NCBI GenBank assembly: GCA_965205605.1
Contig: CBDBHE010000006.1
Coordinates: 1 to 64,000 of the forward strand
Length of the DNA stretch: 64,000 nucleotides
Origin: Spirochaetota bacterium
Lineage (GTDB): Bacteria; Spirochaetota; UBA12135; COTS27; CBDBHE01
Direction of reading: 5' to 3'
Position numbers and translations under genes: made by a program. Below the pieces are notes generated by a model. It saw only the letters and a list, made by a program, of their open reading frames with translations. It did no database searches and was not told the DNA's origin. Shown here piece by piece: positions 1-8,663 of this stretch (position 1 is its first letter; each line of letters begins with the position of its first letter).

Positions 1-362
1 CTTTGGTGAAAATGCTTATGGGGGACCGTTAAGCTAGGATAAGAAATGAGTTGTTCAGCGAAAAAAATAATATCCAAATCAATAATCCTAGGTCCTTTTT
101 TAATTTTTTTAATACTTTTCATTTGTTTTTCGATACGTTGTAAAAAATTGAGACAATCGAGAGGGGTAAGAGAAGTCATCGCTTCTAGACAACAGTTATA
201 AAAATAATTTTGATTGAAATAGTCGGTTGGAGAGGTCCAGTAAAGAGATGAGATCTTTAAAATAGATATTTTTAGTTTTAAAAGAGAGAGAGCTTTTTCA
301 ATATTTTCTCGAGGATTATTTAGGTTGCTGCCTAGTGACAAGATAAGGCGTTGTTTTTTCAT
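1..362 (-). CDS. folK: 2-amino-4-hydroxy-6-hydroxymethyldihydropteridine diphosphokinase (partial, runs off the window)
   Basis: Manual translation from ATG at 362: MKKQRLILSLGSNLNNPRENIEKA...SSLYWTSP...KKGPRIIDLDIIFF...LTVPH; HPPK motifs LSLGSN, GPRxIDLDI and L(T)VPH. Confidence 0.92.
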   Translation of the reverse strand, partial: MKKQRLILSLGSNLNNPRENIEKALSLLKLKISILKISSLYWTSPTDYFNQNYFYNCCLEAMTSLTPLDCLNFLQRIEKQMKSIKKIKKGPRIIDLDIIFFAEQLISYPSLTVPHKHFHQ

Positions 363-369
363 AGGTGGT

Positions 370-1455
370 TTAGATTTCTTTGAAAATAGCTCTTTTGTAA
401 TAAAATTTTAAGATACCTCTTGCGTTATAACCTTTTTCGGCCATGGTTTTTGCTCCCCATTGACAAAGCCCTACCCCGTGTCCGTATCCTTTTCCTTTGA
501 AGATAAAATGCTCACCTTGTTTTTGGATTGAAAAGAAAAGTGATTTGATCTCTTTAGGGCCTGCTTGTAGACGAAATTCATTTCCTTTTAAAGTAATTTT
601 TTTTGATGATTTTAAAATCAAGTCTACTGTTTGAGCTCGTTTTGAGCGAGAGTATTTTGAAATACGAATGTGTTTTAAATCACTTGGAACGGGTAAATAT
701 TTTTGTAGTTTAGAAGAGAGAGTTTGTTTACTAATAGAGACTTTCCAATGATAGTTAGGATGTGTTGTGCAATAGTGACAGCGAATATTTTGAAAATAAG
801 GAGGTGGTTTTTTATTTTGGGACCATACTTCGTTGACGCGAGCTGTGAGACCACCGCAGGTAGCGTGAAAAAAAGAAATAATCGGCTTGTTTTTTGCTGT
901 TAAGATTTTATTTTTGGTTTTGGCAATATTTTTTTTAAAGTTTTCATTAATATGGTAACTTCCATAAAATACTTGAGCTTGTGTGGTTGAAACGAGATGA
1001 TAAGGTTTATCTTTATTTTTTTCCATTAAATGGTATGCATAAGAACGAGCAGCAACTGCTTGAGCTTGAATAGCTGCATCAGGCCATGTTGGAGAAATTT
1101 CACCAATCAGTACTCCACATAAGTAATCTTCTATGAGCAATTTATTAATGATTAAAAAGTTTTTATTTTGTTTTAAAATTTTAAAGTCTCCAGTATAATT
1201 TTTTCCTTTAATGGTCACTTTATTTTTTGTTCTAAAGTAAGAGCGATTTGATTTAAAAGAGAGCCCTTTTCCTTCAAAATTGACTTGGTTATCGCTTAGC
1301 TTTACTTGCAAAACATCTTTGTTTAAGGATTTTGCAGATCCTTTGTAAATCATGACTTGGATTTGTTTAGGTTTTTTTAAACTACTTCCTTTTAAAGAGA
1401 GAGGATTAAGAAGACAAAGAAGAGTTAAAGTTAAATAAAGAAGGTTGTTTTTCAT
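370..1455 (-). CDS. SpoIID/LytB domain protein (lytic transglycosylase-like)
   Basis: EDYLCGVLIGEI...AQAVAARSYA, FHATCGG and GKGYGHGVGLCQWGA motifs; N-terminal signal peptide. Confidence 0.9.
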   Translation of the reverse strand: MKNNLLYLTLTLLCLLNPLSLKGSSLKKPKQIQVMIYKGSAKSLNKDVLQVKLSDNQVNFEGKGLSFKSNRSYFRTKNKVTIKGKNYTGDFKILKQNKNFLIINKLLIEDYLCGVLIGEISPTWPDAAIQAQAVAARSYAYHLMEKNKDKPYHLVSTTQAQVFYGSYHINENFKKNIAKTKNKILTAKNKPIISFFHATCGGLTARVNEVWSQNKKPPPYFQNIRCHYCTTHPNYHWKVSISKQTLSSKLQKYLPVPSDLKHIRISKYSRSKRAQTVDLILKSSKKITLKGNEFRLQAGPKEIKSLFFSIQKQGEHFIFKGKGYGHGVGLCQWGAKTMAEKGYNARGILKFYYKRAIFKEI

Positions 1456-2440
1456 AAGATATTTTTAAATATTTAAATGCTTTAGGAGTAGCGAGACGTC
1501 CTTTTGAAGTTCTTTTAATTAAACCGATTTGGATGAGATAGGTTTCGTACATATCTTCAATGGTTCTAGAGTCTTCTCCTATAGCAGTTGATAGGTTTTC
1601 AATTCCAACAGGCCCACCATTAAATTGTTTGATGATAACACTTAAAATACGTCGGTCCATATTATCGAGTCCATTTTCATCAATTTGCATTTTTTTTAAG
1701 GCATAATCAGCGACTTGTTTATTAATTATTTTTTTTTTAGAAACTTGTGCAAAATCTCTCACTCGTTTTAAGATTCGATTTAAAATTCGAGGCGTCCCTC
1801 GACTACGCTTTGAGATTTCTTCAATTCCCGACTGATCAATTAAAATTGAAAAATAGTCAGCGTTATTTTTACAAATCTGCTTTAAGTCTTTCACTTGATA
1901 AAACTCAAATTGATTCACAATTCCAAAACGACTAATTAGAGGTTGTGTTAGCGCTCCAGCGCGAGTTGTTGCTCCAATTAAGGTGAATTGTGGCAAAGTA
2001 ATTCGCACACTTTTAGCGGTGCTTCCTTGCCCTAAATTAATATCAATCGTGTAGTCTTCCATCGCAGAATAAAGCACTTCTTCAACAATCGGTTTTAAAC
2101 GATGAATCTCATCAATAAAAAGCACGTCCTTTTCTTTAAGCCCACTTAATAAAGAAGCCATATCACCTGTCTTTTCAATAATAGGAGCCGAACTCAAACG
2201 AATGTTCGTCTTCATTTCTTTTGCTATAATAGAAGCTAGTGTCGTTTTCCCCAGACCAGGAGGCCCACTTAAAAGAATATGATCAATGGGTTCATTTCTT
2301 TCTAGAGCTGCTTTAATATAGACCTTCATATTAGATTTAATCATTTCTTGGCCGATGAAATTTTCTAGAAATTTAGGTCTAAGTGAAAGTAACTGACTAT
2401 CTTCTTGTTGTACTTGAGGGTTACTGATTCGTTCGATCAA
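1406..2440 (-). CDS. ruvB: Holliday junction branch migration helicase RuvB
   Basis: LRPKFLENFIGQ, GPPGLGKTT, LFIDEIHRL, FTLIGATTRAG, RGTPRI, GGPVG. Confidence 0.97.
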   Translation of the reverse strand: MIERISNPQVQQEDSQLLSLRPKFLENFIGQEMIKSNMKVYIKAALERNEPIDHILLSGPPGLGKTTLASIIAKEMKTNIRLSSAPIIEKTGDMASLLSGLKEKDVLFIDEIHRLKPIVEEVLYSAMEDYTIDINLGQGSTAKSVRITLPQFTLIGATTRAGALTQPLISRFGIVNQFEFYQVKDLKQICKNNADYFSILIDQSGIEEISKRSRGTPRILNRILKRVRDFAQVSKKKIINKQVADYALKKMQIDENGLDNMDRRILSVIIKQFNGGPVGIENLSTAIGEDSRTIEDMYETYLIQIGLIKRTSKGRLATPKAFKYLKISYEKQPSLFNFNSSLSS

Positions 2441-2680
2441 TGCGATACCTATTTTTTTATTATAAAAACAAAGATTGTTTATTTTATTTTATCATTTTCA
2501 CGTCAGTATTTCGAAACTTTATATTAAAAAAATAAAAATTGATTGTAAAATTAAAACTTTACAAGTCCTTTAAGGATGTAAAATTGTTTTTTTTTTATTT
2601 TTTTAAAGTAAACCATCTTTCTTTTAAATCAAAACATGTTTTATGTATCAAAGTCTTTAAAATGATTTGGGAGAAGAAGC

Positions 2681-4069
2681 TTGTTGACAGTTGAAAAAAT
2701 AGGGGGCTCATCAATGCTTTGTTTTGATGAGGTTCTCTCTAATATTATTTTAAGAAAAAATAAACTTTCAAGTCCTTATGATCGTGTTTTTGTGGTTTCT
2801 GCTTATGGTGGGGTCACCAATGAGCTTTTAGAATACAAAAAAAATAAACAAGCAGGGATTTATACTTATTTTGCCCAAGGTCAAGATTATAAAAAATATA
2901 TGGATGTCCTTCTAAAAAAACTTAAAGGTATTAATAAAAAGCTTGTTTCTTTAGGCCTTGATTTAAATCAAGCCAATGAGTTTATTGAAAAACGTTTTGA
3001 GCAATCAAAGGTTTATTTAGAAAATATGAAAGGGGTGCTTTCTTCAGGATATATCTTAAAAGAAAGATTACTTTTAGTTTCTAGAGAAATTCTCGCTTCG
3101 ATAGGAGAAACGCATTCGGCTTTTAATACAGTCAATATTATTCAAAACTGTGGGTTTAAATCCATCTTTGTTGATTTAAGTGGAGCCTATGATTCTAGAG
3201 CACTTAGCATTAATGAACGGATTGAAGAGTCCGTAAAAGATTTAAAAATTGATCAGTGTATCCCTGTTTTGACAGGCTATACCAAAGGAGCTGAAGGAAT
3301 TATGAGAGAGTTTGATAGGGGGTACTCGGAAGTGACGTTTAGTAAGGTAGCCACTATTTTAAAAGCAACCGAAGCCATTATTCATAAAGAATATCACTTG
3401 TCTTCAGCAGACCCTAACATTGTAGGAGAAAAAAACTCAATCCCTGTTTGTTTTACCAATTTTGATGTAGCCGATCAACTCGCTGATTTGGGAATGGAAG
3501 CAATTCATCCAAAAGCTTCCAAACCACTTGAATTAGCAGGCATTAAGATTCGAGTTAAAAATACTTTTGATCCAATGCATTCTGGGACGCTGATCACTAA
3601 AGATTATCTCAATGAAGACTCTCAAGTAGAAATCATCGCAGGGACTAATGAAGTAAGTGTTTTAGAAATTCATGATTCTCTTATGGTGGGGCAGTTTGGT
3701 TTTGACTATGGTATTTTGGAGGTTTTTAAAAGATATTCTAAAAATTATCTTTTAAAAGCTTCTAATGCCAATACTATTACGCATCTTTTAGTTGATAAAG
3801 ATATGCAAGATCAAGTCTTTTTAGAAGAACTTAAAAAAAAGTATGATTCAGTTATGGTCAAAAAAGTAGCCATTGTTTGTGCCATTGGCTCTAATATCGC
3901 CAAGCCGGGTATTTTACAAAAAGCAACGGGTGCTTTGGCAAAGGCAAATATTAATGTTAATTGTCTTTCTCAAACGTTACGTCAAGTAAACATTCAGTTT
4001 GTCATTGAAAGAAAAGATTATCAAAAAGCCGTTAAAGTCCTCAATGAAAGCTTATGTCTAAAAAGATAG
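2681..4069 (+). CDS. ask: Aspartate kinase, Ask_Ect (ectoine-associated) type
   Basis: TVEKIGGSSM, VVSAYGGVT, FDRGYSEVTFS, AIIHKEYHLSSADP, C-terminal ACT domains; TTG start. Confidence 0.9.
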   Translation: MLTVEKIGGSSMLCFDEVLSNIILRKNKLSSPYDRVFVVSAYGGVTNELLEYKKNKQAGIYTYFAQGQDYKKYMDVLLKKLKGINKKLVSLGLDLNQANEFIEKRFEQSKVYLENMKGVLSSGYILKERLLLVSREILASIGETHSAFNTVNIIQNCGFKSIFVDLSGAYDSRALSINERIEESVKDLKIDQCIPVLTGYTKGAEGIMREFDRGYSEVTFSKVATILKATEAIIHKEYHLSSADPNIVGEKNSIPVCFTNFDVADQLADLGMEAIHPKASKPLELAGIKIRVKNTFDPMHSGTLITKDYLNEDSQVEIIAGTNEVSVLEIHDSLMVGQFGFDYGILEVFKRYSKNYLLKASNANTITHLLVDKDMQDQVFLEELKKKYDSVMVKKVAIVCAIGSNIAKPGILQKATGALAKANINVNCLSQTLRQVNIQFVIERKDYQKAVKVLNESLCLKR

Positions 4070-4079
4070 ATAATGTCTT

Positions 4080-5090
4080 TTATTTATAAGATAATTTATA
4101 AATTTGATTCATTAGAGTATTATTCCAAGCCACGCAAATAGATAAAAACAAAGCTGTTTTTACTTCAAAACGACTAATTTTACTTTGGAAGGTTTTTTCA
4201 AAAGTTTGTTTTTTAAGAAGCCTTAAAGTACGAGTTGCTAAAAAAAGAGAAAGAAGACAAAAAATTCGTTTTCTTAGGTGCCAAAAAGGAATGGCTTTAA
4301 TGTAGCTTAAGGCTTTATTAAGGTAGTTTTGTGTTTTTTCAAGGAAGCAAAGCATCACTTTTTCAGAAGCTTTCGGAAAGGTGTGATTATAAAAATCTTT
4401 CAGAGGGAGGTTTTCTTTTTCAAAGAGGGTTTTTGGGATGTAACACCAATGACGTTTTTGATCTTTTAAGAAATCTTTGGCGATATTAATACGCTGAAGC
4501 CCTTGACCAAAATCAATTTGATATTTATCTAAGAGAGCTTGTTTTTTAGGATTTTTAATGGTTTTTTTAAAAATATTGGTAATGAGTTTCCCAACAGTAC
4601 CGGCAACATAATAACAGTATTGATAAAGTTCTTTTTCTGTGTTGAGGTGAGCATTTTTTGGGTATTTTTTGATAAAAGCGATCATCCCCTTTGCCATTTC
4701 TTTAATCGGTTTTTGAATAGCTTTTCGATAAGTGATATTTTGTTGGTAGTAAACAAAAAGTAAGTCATGAGCACGTTCTAAGAGAATTTTTTCTGCTTTT
4801 TGAGCCTTAATTCTTTTAAGACGGGTAGACCAAGCTTTAATCATGCTTGAATGATGATTCTTTTCTTCTATTAAAAGAATAAATTCTTCTAAAAAAATTT
4901 TTTTTTGTTTAATAGTAAGATTTTGGGCATCTTCAATCGTATCTAAAACTCGGCAAATAAGATAAGAAACTAAGATGATCCAATATTCTTCATTTTTTAA
5001 GAAGTGAATATTTAAAGCAAATGTCCGACTGACATCATTTAAGATAAAACGACAAAAAAGATAAGGATCAGAAGGAAAAGATAGAGGCAT
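4080..5090 (-). CDS. Squalene/phytoene synthase family protein (farnesyl-diphosphate farnesyltransferase-like)
   Basis: VSRTFALNI, YLICRVLDTIED, YCYYVAGTVG, FGQGLQRINIAKD; start placed at ATG 5090 because ATG 5108 overlaps tRNA-Glu. Confidence 0.88.
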   Translation of the reverse strand: MPLSFPSDPYLFCRFILNDVSRTFALNIHFLKNEEYWIILVSYLICRVLDTIEDAQNLTIKQKKIFLEEFILLIEEKNHHSSMIKAWSTRLKRIKAQKAEKILLERAHDLLFVYYQQNITYRKAIQKPIKEMAKGMIAFIKKYPKNAHLNTEKELYQYCYYVAGTVGKLITNIFKKTIKNPKKQALLDKYQIDFGQGLQRINIAKDFLKDQKRHWCYIPKTLFEKENLPLKDFYNHTFPKASEKVMLCFLEKTQNYLNKALSYIKAIPFWHLRKRIFCLLSLFLATRTLRLLKKQTFEKTFQSKISRFEVKTALFLSICVAWNNTLMNQIYKLSYK

Positions 5091-5105
5091 TGTTTTAAAA
5101 AAAAT

Positions 5106-5177
5106 CATCTCCAGGGGGAATCGAACCCCCGTTGCTGGGATGAAAACCCAGTGTCCTAACCACTAGACGATGGAGAC
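5106..5177 (-). tRNA. tRNA-Glu (TTC)
   Basis: Cloverleaf GTCTCCA...CTGGG-TT TTC AT-CCCAG...GGTTCGATTC...TGGAGAT-G; CCA not encoded. Confidence 0.96.
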
Positions 5178-5199
5178 TTAAAAACTTTAGTTTTTAAAA

Positions 5200-5272
5200 T
5201 GAGCCGCGATGGATTCGAACCATCGACCCACGCCTTAAAAGGGCGTTGCTCTACCAACTGAGCTAGCGGCCC
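5200..5272 (-). tRNA. tRNA-Lys (TTT)
   Basis: GGGCCGC TAGCTCAGTTGGTAGAGC...ACGCC-CT TTT AA-GGCGT...GGTTCGAATCC...GCGGCTC-A; CCA not encoded. Confidence 0.97.
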
Positions 5273-5286
5273 AAAATTTGACTATA

Positions 5287-5315
5287 ACACTAATATATTT
5301 TATTTAATTTGTCAA
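5287..5315 (-). promoter_or_regulatory. Sigma70-type promoter of the tRNA-Lys/tRNA-Glu pair
   Basis: Minus strand TTGACA (5315-5310), 17-nt spacer, TAGTGT (5292-5287), about 15 nt upstream of tRNA-Lys. Confidence 0.6.
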
Positions 5316-5371
5316 CTTTATCTTTATTTTATAAATTCTTTTTAAATAGTTTAAAACTATAATTCTTTTTT

Positions 5372-7390
5372 TTAAAAATATTCATGAAAATCATCTTTAA
5401 TAAATCGTTCCCTTAAAAAACTTTTTTTTTCACTTTTTGAATAAAAAGAATCGTTTTGAGCATTTGAAAAATCTAAAATTTTTAAATGCTTCTCATTAAT
5501 GTCTTCAATGAATCTTGATACTTTTAGCGTTCGTATATGGCCCATAATCACCCTCCTTTGGCTACAAGAGAGAAACAGTTTCTCTTCAGATCTTGTCATC
5601 GCGACATAAAATAATCTTCTTTCTTCTCTTAATTGATCTAATTTATTAAATGTGAGTAAATGAGGAAAGGCTTCTTCTTCTAAATTAACAATAAACACAA
5701 TGGGAAACTCTAAGCCTTTTGCATTGTGAACGGTCATTAAAGAAACTCCTTTTTCTTTTTTTTTTTCATCCGTATTTAATCGAAGTGCAATTTCTTCAGC
5801 AAAATTGTTTACTGAAAGGTTAGATTGATTGTTTTCAAAAGCTTTGGCAGTTTCTAAAAAACTGACTAAATTACCGATTCGTTGGTCACTTTCAAAAAGA
5901 TCGTCTAACTGTTTATAATGCTCTAAAAGACCTGACTTTTTGAGAAGAGTGTTAATAAAAGAAAAAACATTTTCTATTTTAGCAAGATTTGAAAGCTCTA
6001 AAATAATTTTTTTAAATCCTAAAAGAGATGTTTTTGCTTTTTGCTTTAATGATTTTAAGAAAGATAGCTCTTCTAAAATTTCCAGGATGGATAAATTTTT
6101 TGCTCCCATATAGCGAATGACTTTTTCAATTGTTACCACCCCGATTCCTCTAGGAGGAAAGTTGATGACTCTTAGAAGAGAAGGAATGTTTTTTGGATTA
6201 AGAGAAAGATTAAGATAGGCGATGAGCTCTTTAATTTCTTTTCTTTGAAAAAATTTGACACTTCCGATAATCTGGTAAGGAATTTGCATTTTTAAAAGTA
6301 AGTCTTCATAAGGTTTAGTTTGATAATTAGTTCTAAAAAAAATCGCAATATTTTGTGGATGTTGGTTTTGTAACATCATTTTTTTGATTTTCTCAGCAAC
6401 AAATATCGCTTCTTCTGCTGCAGTAGAAAATAAATAAAACTCAGGTAAATCTCCTTTTTTTTTTTTAGTAAACAGTTTTTTTTGATAAATTTCTGTATTG
6501 TGTTTGATAATATCATTAGCAACTGATAAAATCGATTGAGTCGAGCGATAATTTTCTTCTAATTTGATAAGCTGTACATTAGGGTATTTTTTCTCAAAGT
6601 TTAAGATATTTTCAATATTAGCTCCTCTAAAGCTATAAATAGACTGAGCATCATCTCCAACGGCTGTTAAAATACTATCTTTTTTTTCAAACCATTCAAT
6701 CAATTTTTCTTGAGCAACGTTGGTGTCTTGGTATTCATCAATGAGGACATGTTGCCAATTTTTTAAGAAATTTTGACAATTTTGATGCTCTTTTAAAAGT
6801 AAAATAGGTAAGGTAATTAAATCATCAAAATCAACTAAATTATGAGCATTCAAATAAATCTGATAAGTTTTGTATTCCTTCAAAGCATCAAAAGAAAGTT
6901 CAGAAGTTCGATACAAATCAAAAAGTTTCTCTTCGTCAAAGGGATAAAGAAAGTGATTTTTCCAAGAAGAAATTGTTTTTAAAAATATTTTTTGTTCTCT
7001 TTCTCCAGTTTGATATTTTTTTGTTATTTCTTTGATGATTTTTTTTTGATCTTGGTCATCAATAATGGTGAAATTTTTATCATAGCCTTTCATTTGACCA
7101 ATGAAAAGACGAAGAAAATAAGCCCCAAAAGCATGGAAAGTTTTAATGTTAAACTCAGTGGGTTTTACAGAAGGTAAAAAAGGCTTGATACGTTCTCTCA
7201 TTTCTGCAGCAGCTTTATTAGTAAAGGTAATGGCTAAAATATTTTTAGGAGATATTTTTTCAGTAAGATAAATATATTTATTGGCAATGACTCGTGTTTT
7301 CCCTGATCCTGCTCCTGCTAAAACCAAGACATGGTTTTGGGTTGTTTTTACAGCTCTTTCTTGAGCTGGATTTAAAGAATGAGCGCTCAT
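5372..7390 (-). CDS. pcrA: ATP-dependent DNA helicase UvrD/PcrA
   Basis: LAGAGSGKT, TFTNKAAAEM, IDEYQDTN, VGDDAQSIYSFRGA, LEENYRS, TVHNAKGLEF, EERRLFYVAMTR. Confidence 0.93.
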   Translation of the reverse strand: MSAHSLNPAQERAVKTTQNHVLVLAGAGSGKTRVIANKYIYLTEKISPKNILAITFTNKAAAEMRERIKPFLPSVKPTEFNIKTFHAFGAYFLRLFIGQMKGYDKNFTIIDDQDQKKIIKEITKKYQTGEREQKIFLKTISSWKNHFLYPFDEEKLFDLYRTSELSFDALKEYKTYQIYLNAHNLVDFDDLITLPILLLKEHQNCQNFLKNWQHVLIDEYQDTNVAQEKLIEWFEKKDSILTAVGDDAQSIYSFRGANIENILNFEKKYPNVQLIKLEENYRSTQSILSVANDIIKHNTEIYQKKLFTKKKKGDLPEFYLFSTAAEEAIFVAEKIKKMMLQNQHPQNIAIFFRTNYQTKPYEDLLLKMQIPYQIIGSVKFFQRKEIKELIAYLNLSLNPKNIPSLLRVINFPPRGIGVVTIEKVIRYMGAKNLSILEILEELSFLKSLKQKAKTSLLGFKKIILELSNLAKIENVFSFINTLLKKSGLLEHYKQLDDLFESDQRIGNLVSFLETAKAFENNQSNLSVNNFAEEIALRLNTDEKKKEKGVSLMTVHNAKGLEFPIVFIVNLEEEAFPHLLTFNKLDQLREERRLFYVAMTRSEEKLFLSCSQRRVIMGHIRTLKVSRFIEDINEKHLKILDFSNAQNDSFYSKSEKKSFLRERFIKDDFHEYF

Positions 7391-7400
7391 ACTCGTTTTT

Positions 7401-8519
7401 TTAAAAAGATTTTTTTATAAAAAAAGAATCATCAATATACACTTCTACAAAACCACGACCAATTGTTTTATAAGGGAGTTTGACTTGTTTGCCTTGAGGA
7501 ATGGCTTCTTTTAAAATTTTTCTTTTTTCTTTTTTATCGGTTACAAAAAGTTCGACAGTTTTTGTTTGCTTTTTTTCTTTTTCTTCTTGCTTTCCTGGAA
7601 CATTGATTTTGATTGCACGTAAAATAGGAAAGGCACTCAAATCATTTAAAGACTTGTTTAAATCTAATTTAAGACCGACTTCAAAAGTAATCGTACTGCC
7701 TTTTTGAAGTTTACTTCCAGGTTTGACACTTTGAAGAAAAATTTTATTAGCTAGTTCTTCATCATCAGAATATTGTTTTTTTATTTTCACATCGATCCCA
7801 AAACTTTCAATCTCTTTTACAATATTTTCATAACTAAGCCATCGGTAGTTTTCAACAATAAAATGTTCTCCACTAGGACCTTTACTAGTTAAAAATAAGA
7901 TATTTTCTGTTCCTTTAAGGATGCTCGCTTGCTTTGGAGTATGCTCTATAATTTTCCCTTTAGGAACTTTTTTTGAAAATTGTTTGATTTCTGATATTTT
8001 CAGAGGATTTTCTGAAATAGAAAACATCTTTAAAAGCAATTCTCTTGCTTCTAGTAAAGATTTGCCTTCAAAATTGGGCATGATACCGATATCTTTTCCT
8101 CTACTGACGGTAATGAGAATAGTCCTTTTTTCTTTAACAATCGTACCAGAGTTTGGTTTCTGAGCAATGATGTGATAAGTGGGGATTGTTTTAGAGTGTT
8201 TTTCATAAATATAAACTCTTAGCTTCTTGTCTTGCAATTCTTTTAAAACTTCGATGACATTCATTCCAAGAAAATTAGGTAAATGTATTTTTTTAGGAGA
8301 TCGCAAAACAATAATAAAAGTAATCCCAAAAATAATCGTAAAAAAACAAAGGCTAAAAACAAAAAATCGAATCAATTTTCGAATATTAATCATTTCATTT
8401 GATTCTAAAGTAAAGATATCTTTGAGCCAAAGAATAAACGTTTGGATTTCTCTAGATATTTTTAATTGATAGTAAAAAAGCTTGAATTTCTTAATAAAAT
8501 TTTTTATTTTTTTTTTCAA
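7401..8519 (-). CDS. PASTA domain-containing membrane protein (about 3 PASTA repeats, no kinase domain)
   Basis: One TM segment followed by repeats LPNFLG...IIAQKPNSGT...VSRG, MPNFEG...IIEHTP and QSVKPGS. Confidence 0.85.
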   Translation of the reverse strand: MKKKIKNFIKKFKLFYYQLKISREIQTFILWLKDIFTLESNEMINIRKLIRFFVFSLCFFTIIFGITFIIVLRSPKKIHLPNFLGMNVIEVLKELQDKKLRVYIYEKHSKTIPTYHIIAQKPNSGTIVKEKRTILITVSRGKDIGIMPNFEGKSLLEARELLLKMFSISENPLKISEIKQFSKKVPKGKIIEHTPKQASILKGTENILFLTSKGPSGEHFIVENYRWLSYENIVKEIESFGIDVKIKKQYSDDEELANKIFLQSVKPGSKLQKGSTITFEVGLKLDLNKSLNDLSAFPILRAIKINVPGKQEEKEKKQTKTVELFVTDKKEKRKILKEAIPQGKQVKLPYKTIGRGFVEVYIDDSFFIKKSF

Positions 8520-8663
8520 AAGAATTTAATTTTTAACTTAATAGATAACATTAAAAAAATGTTTTTTTTCTATCCTATCATTTAAGCATTTGCTTTGACA
8601 ACTTTATGCTATGATTAAGGTGAAATTTTAATCTTCAATAATTAAAAATTCCAATAAAAAAAA

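Noticed and set aside
2441-2680. Lysine riboswitch upstream of the aspartokinase
   Set aside because: AT-rich with no recognisable conserved core or stems
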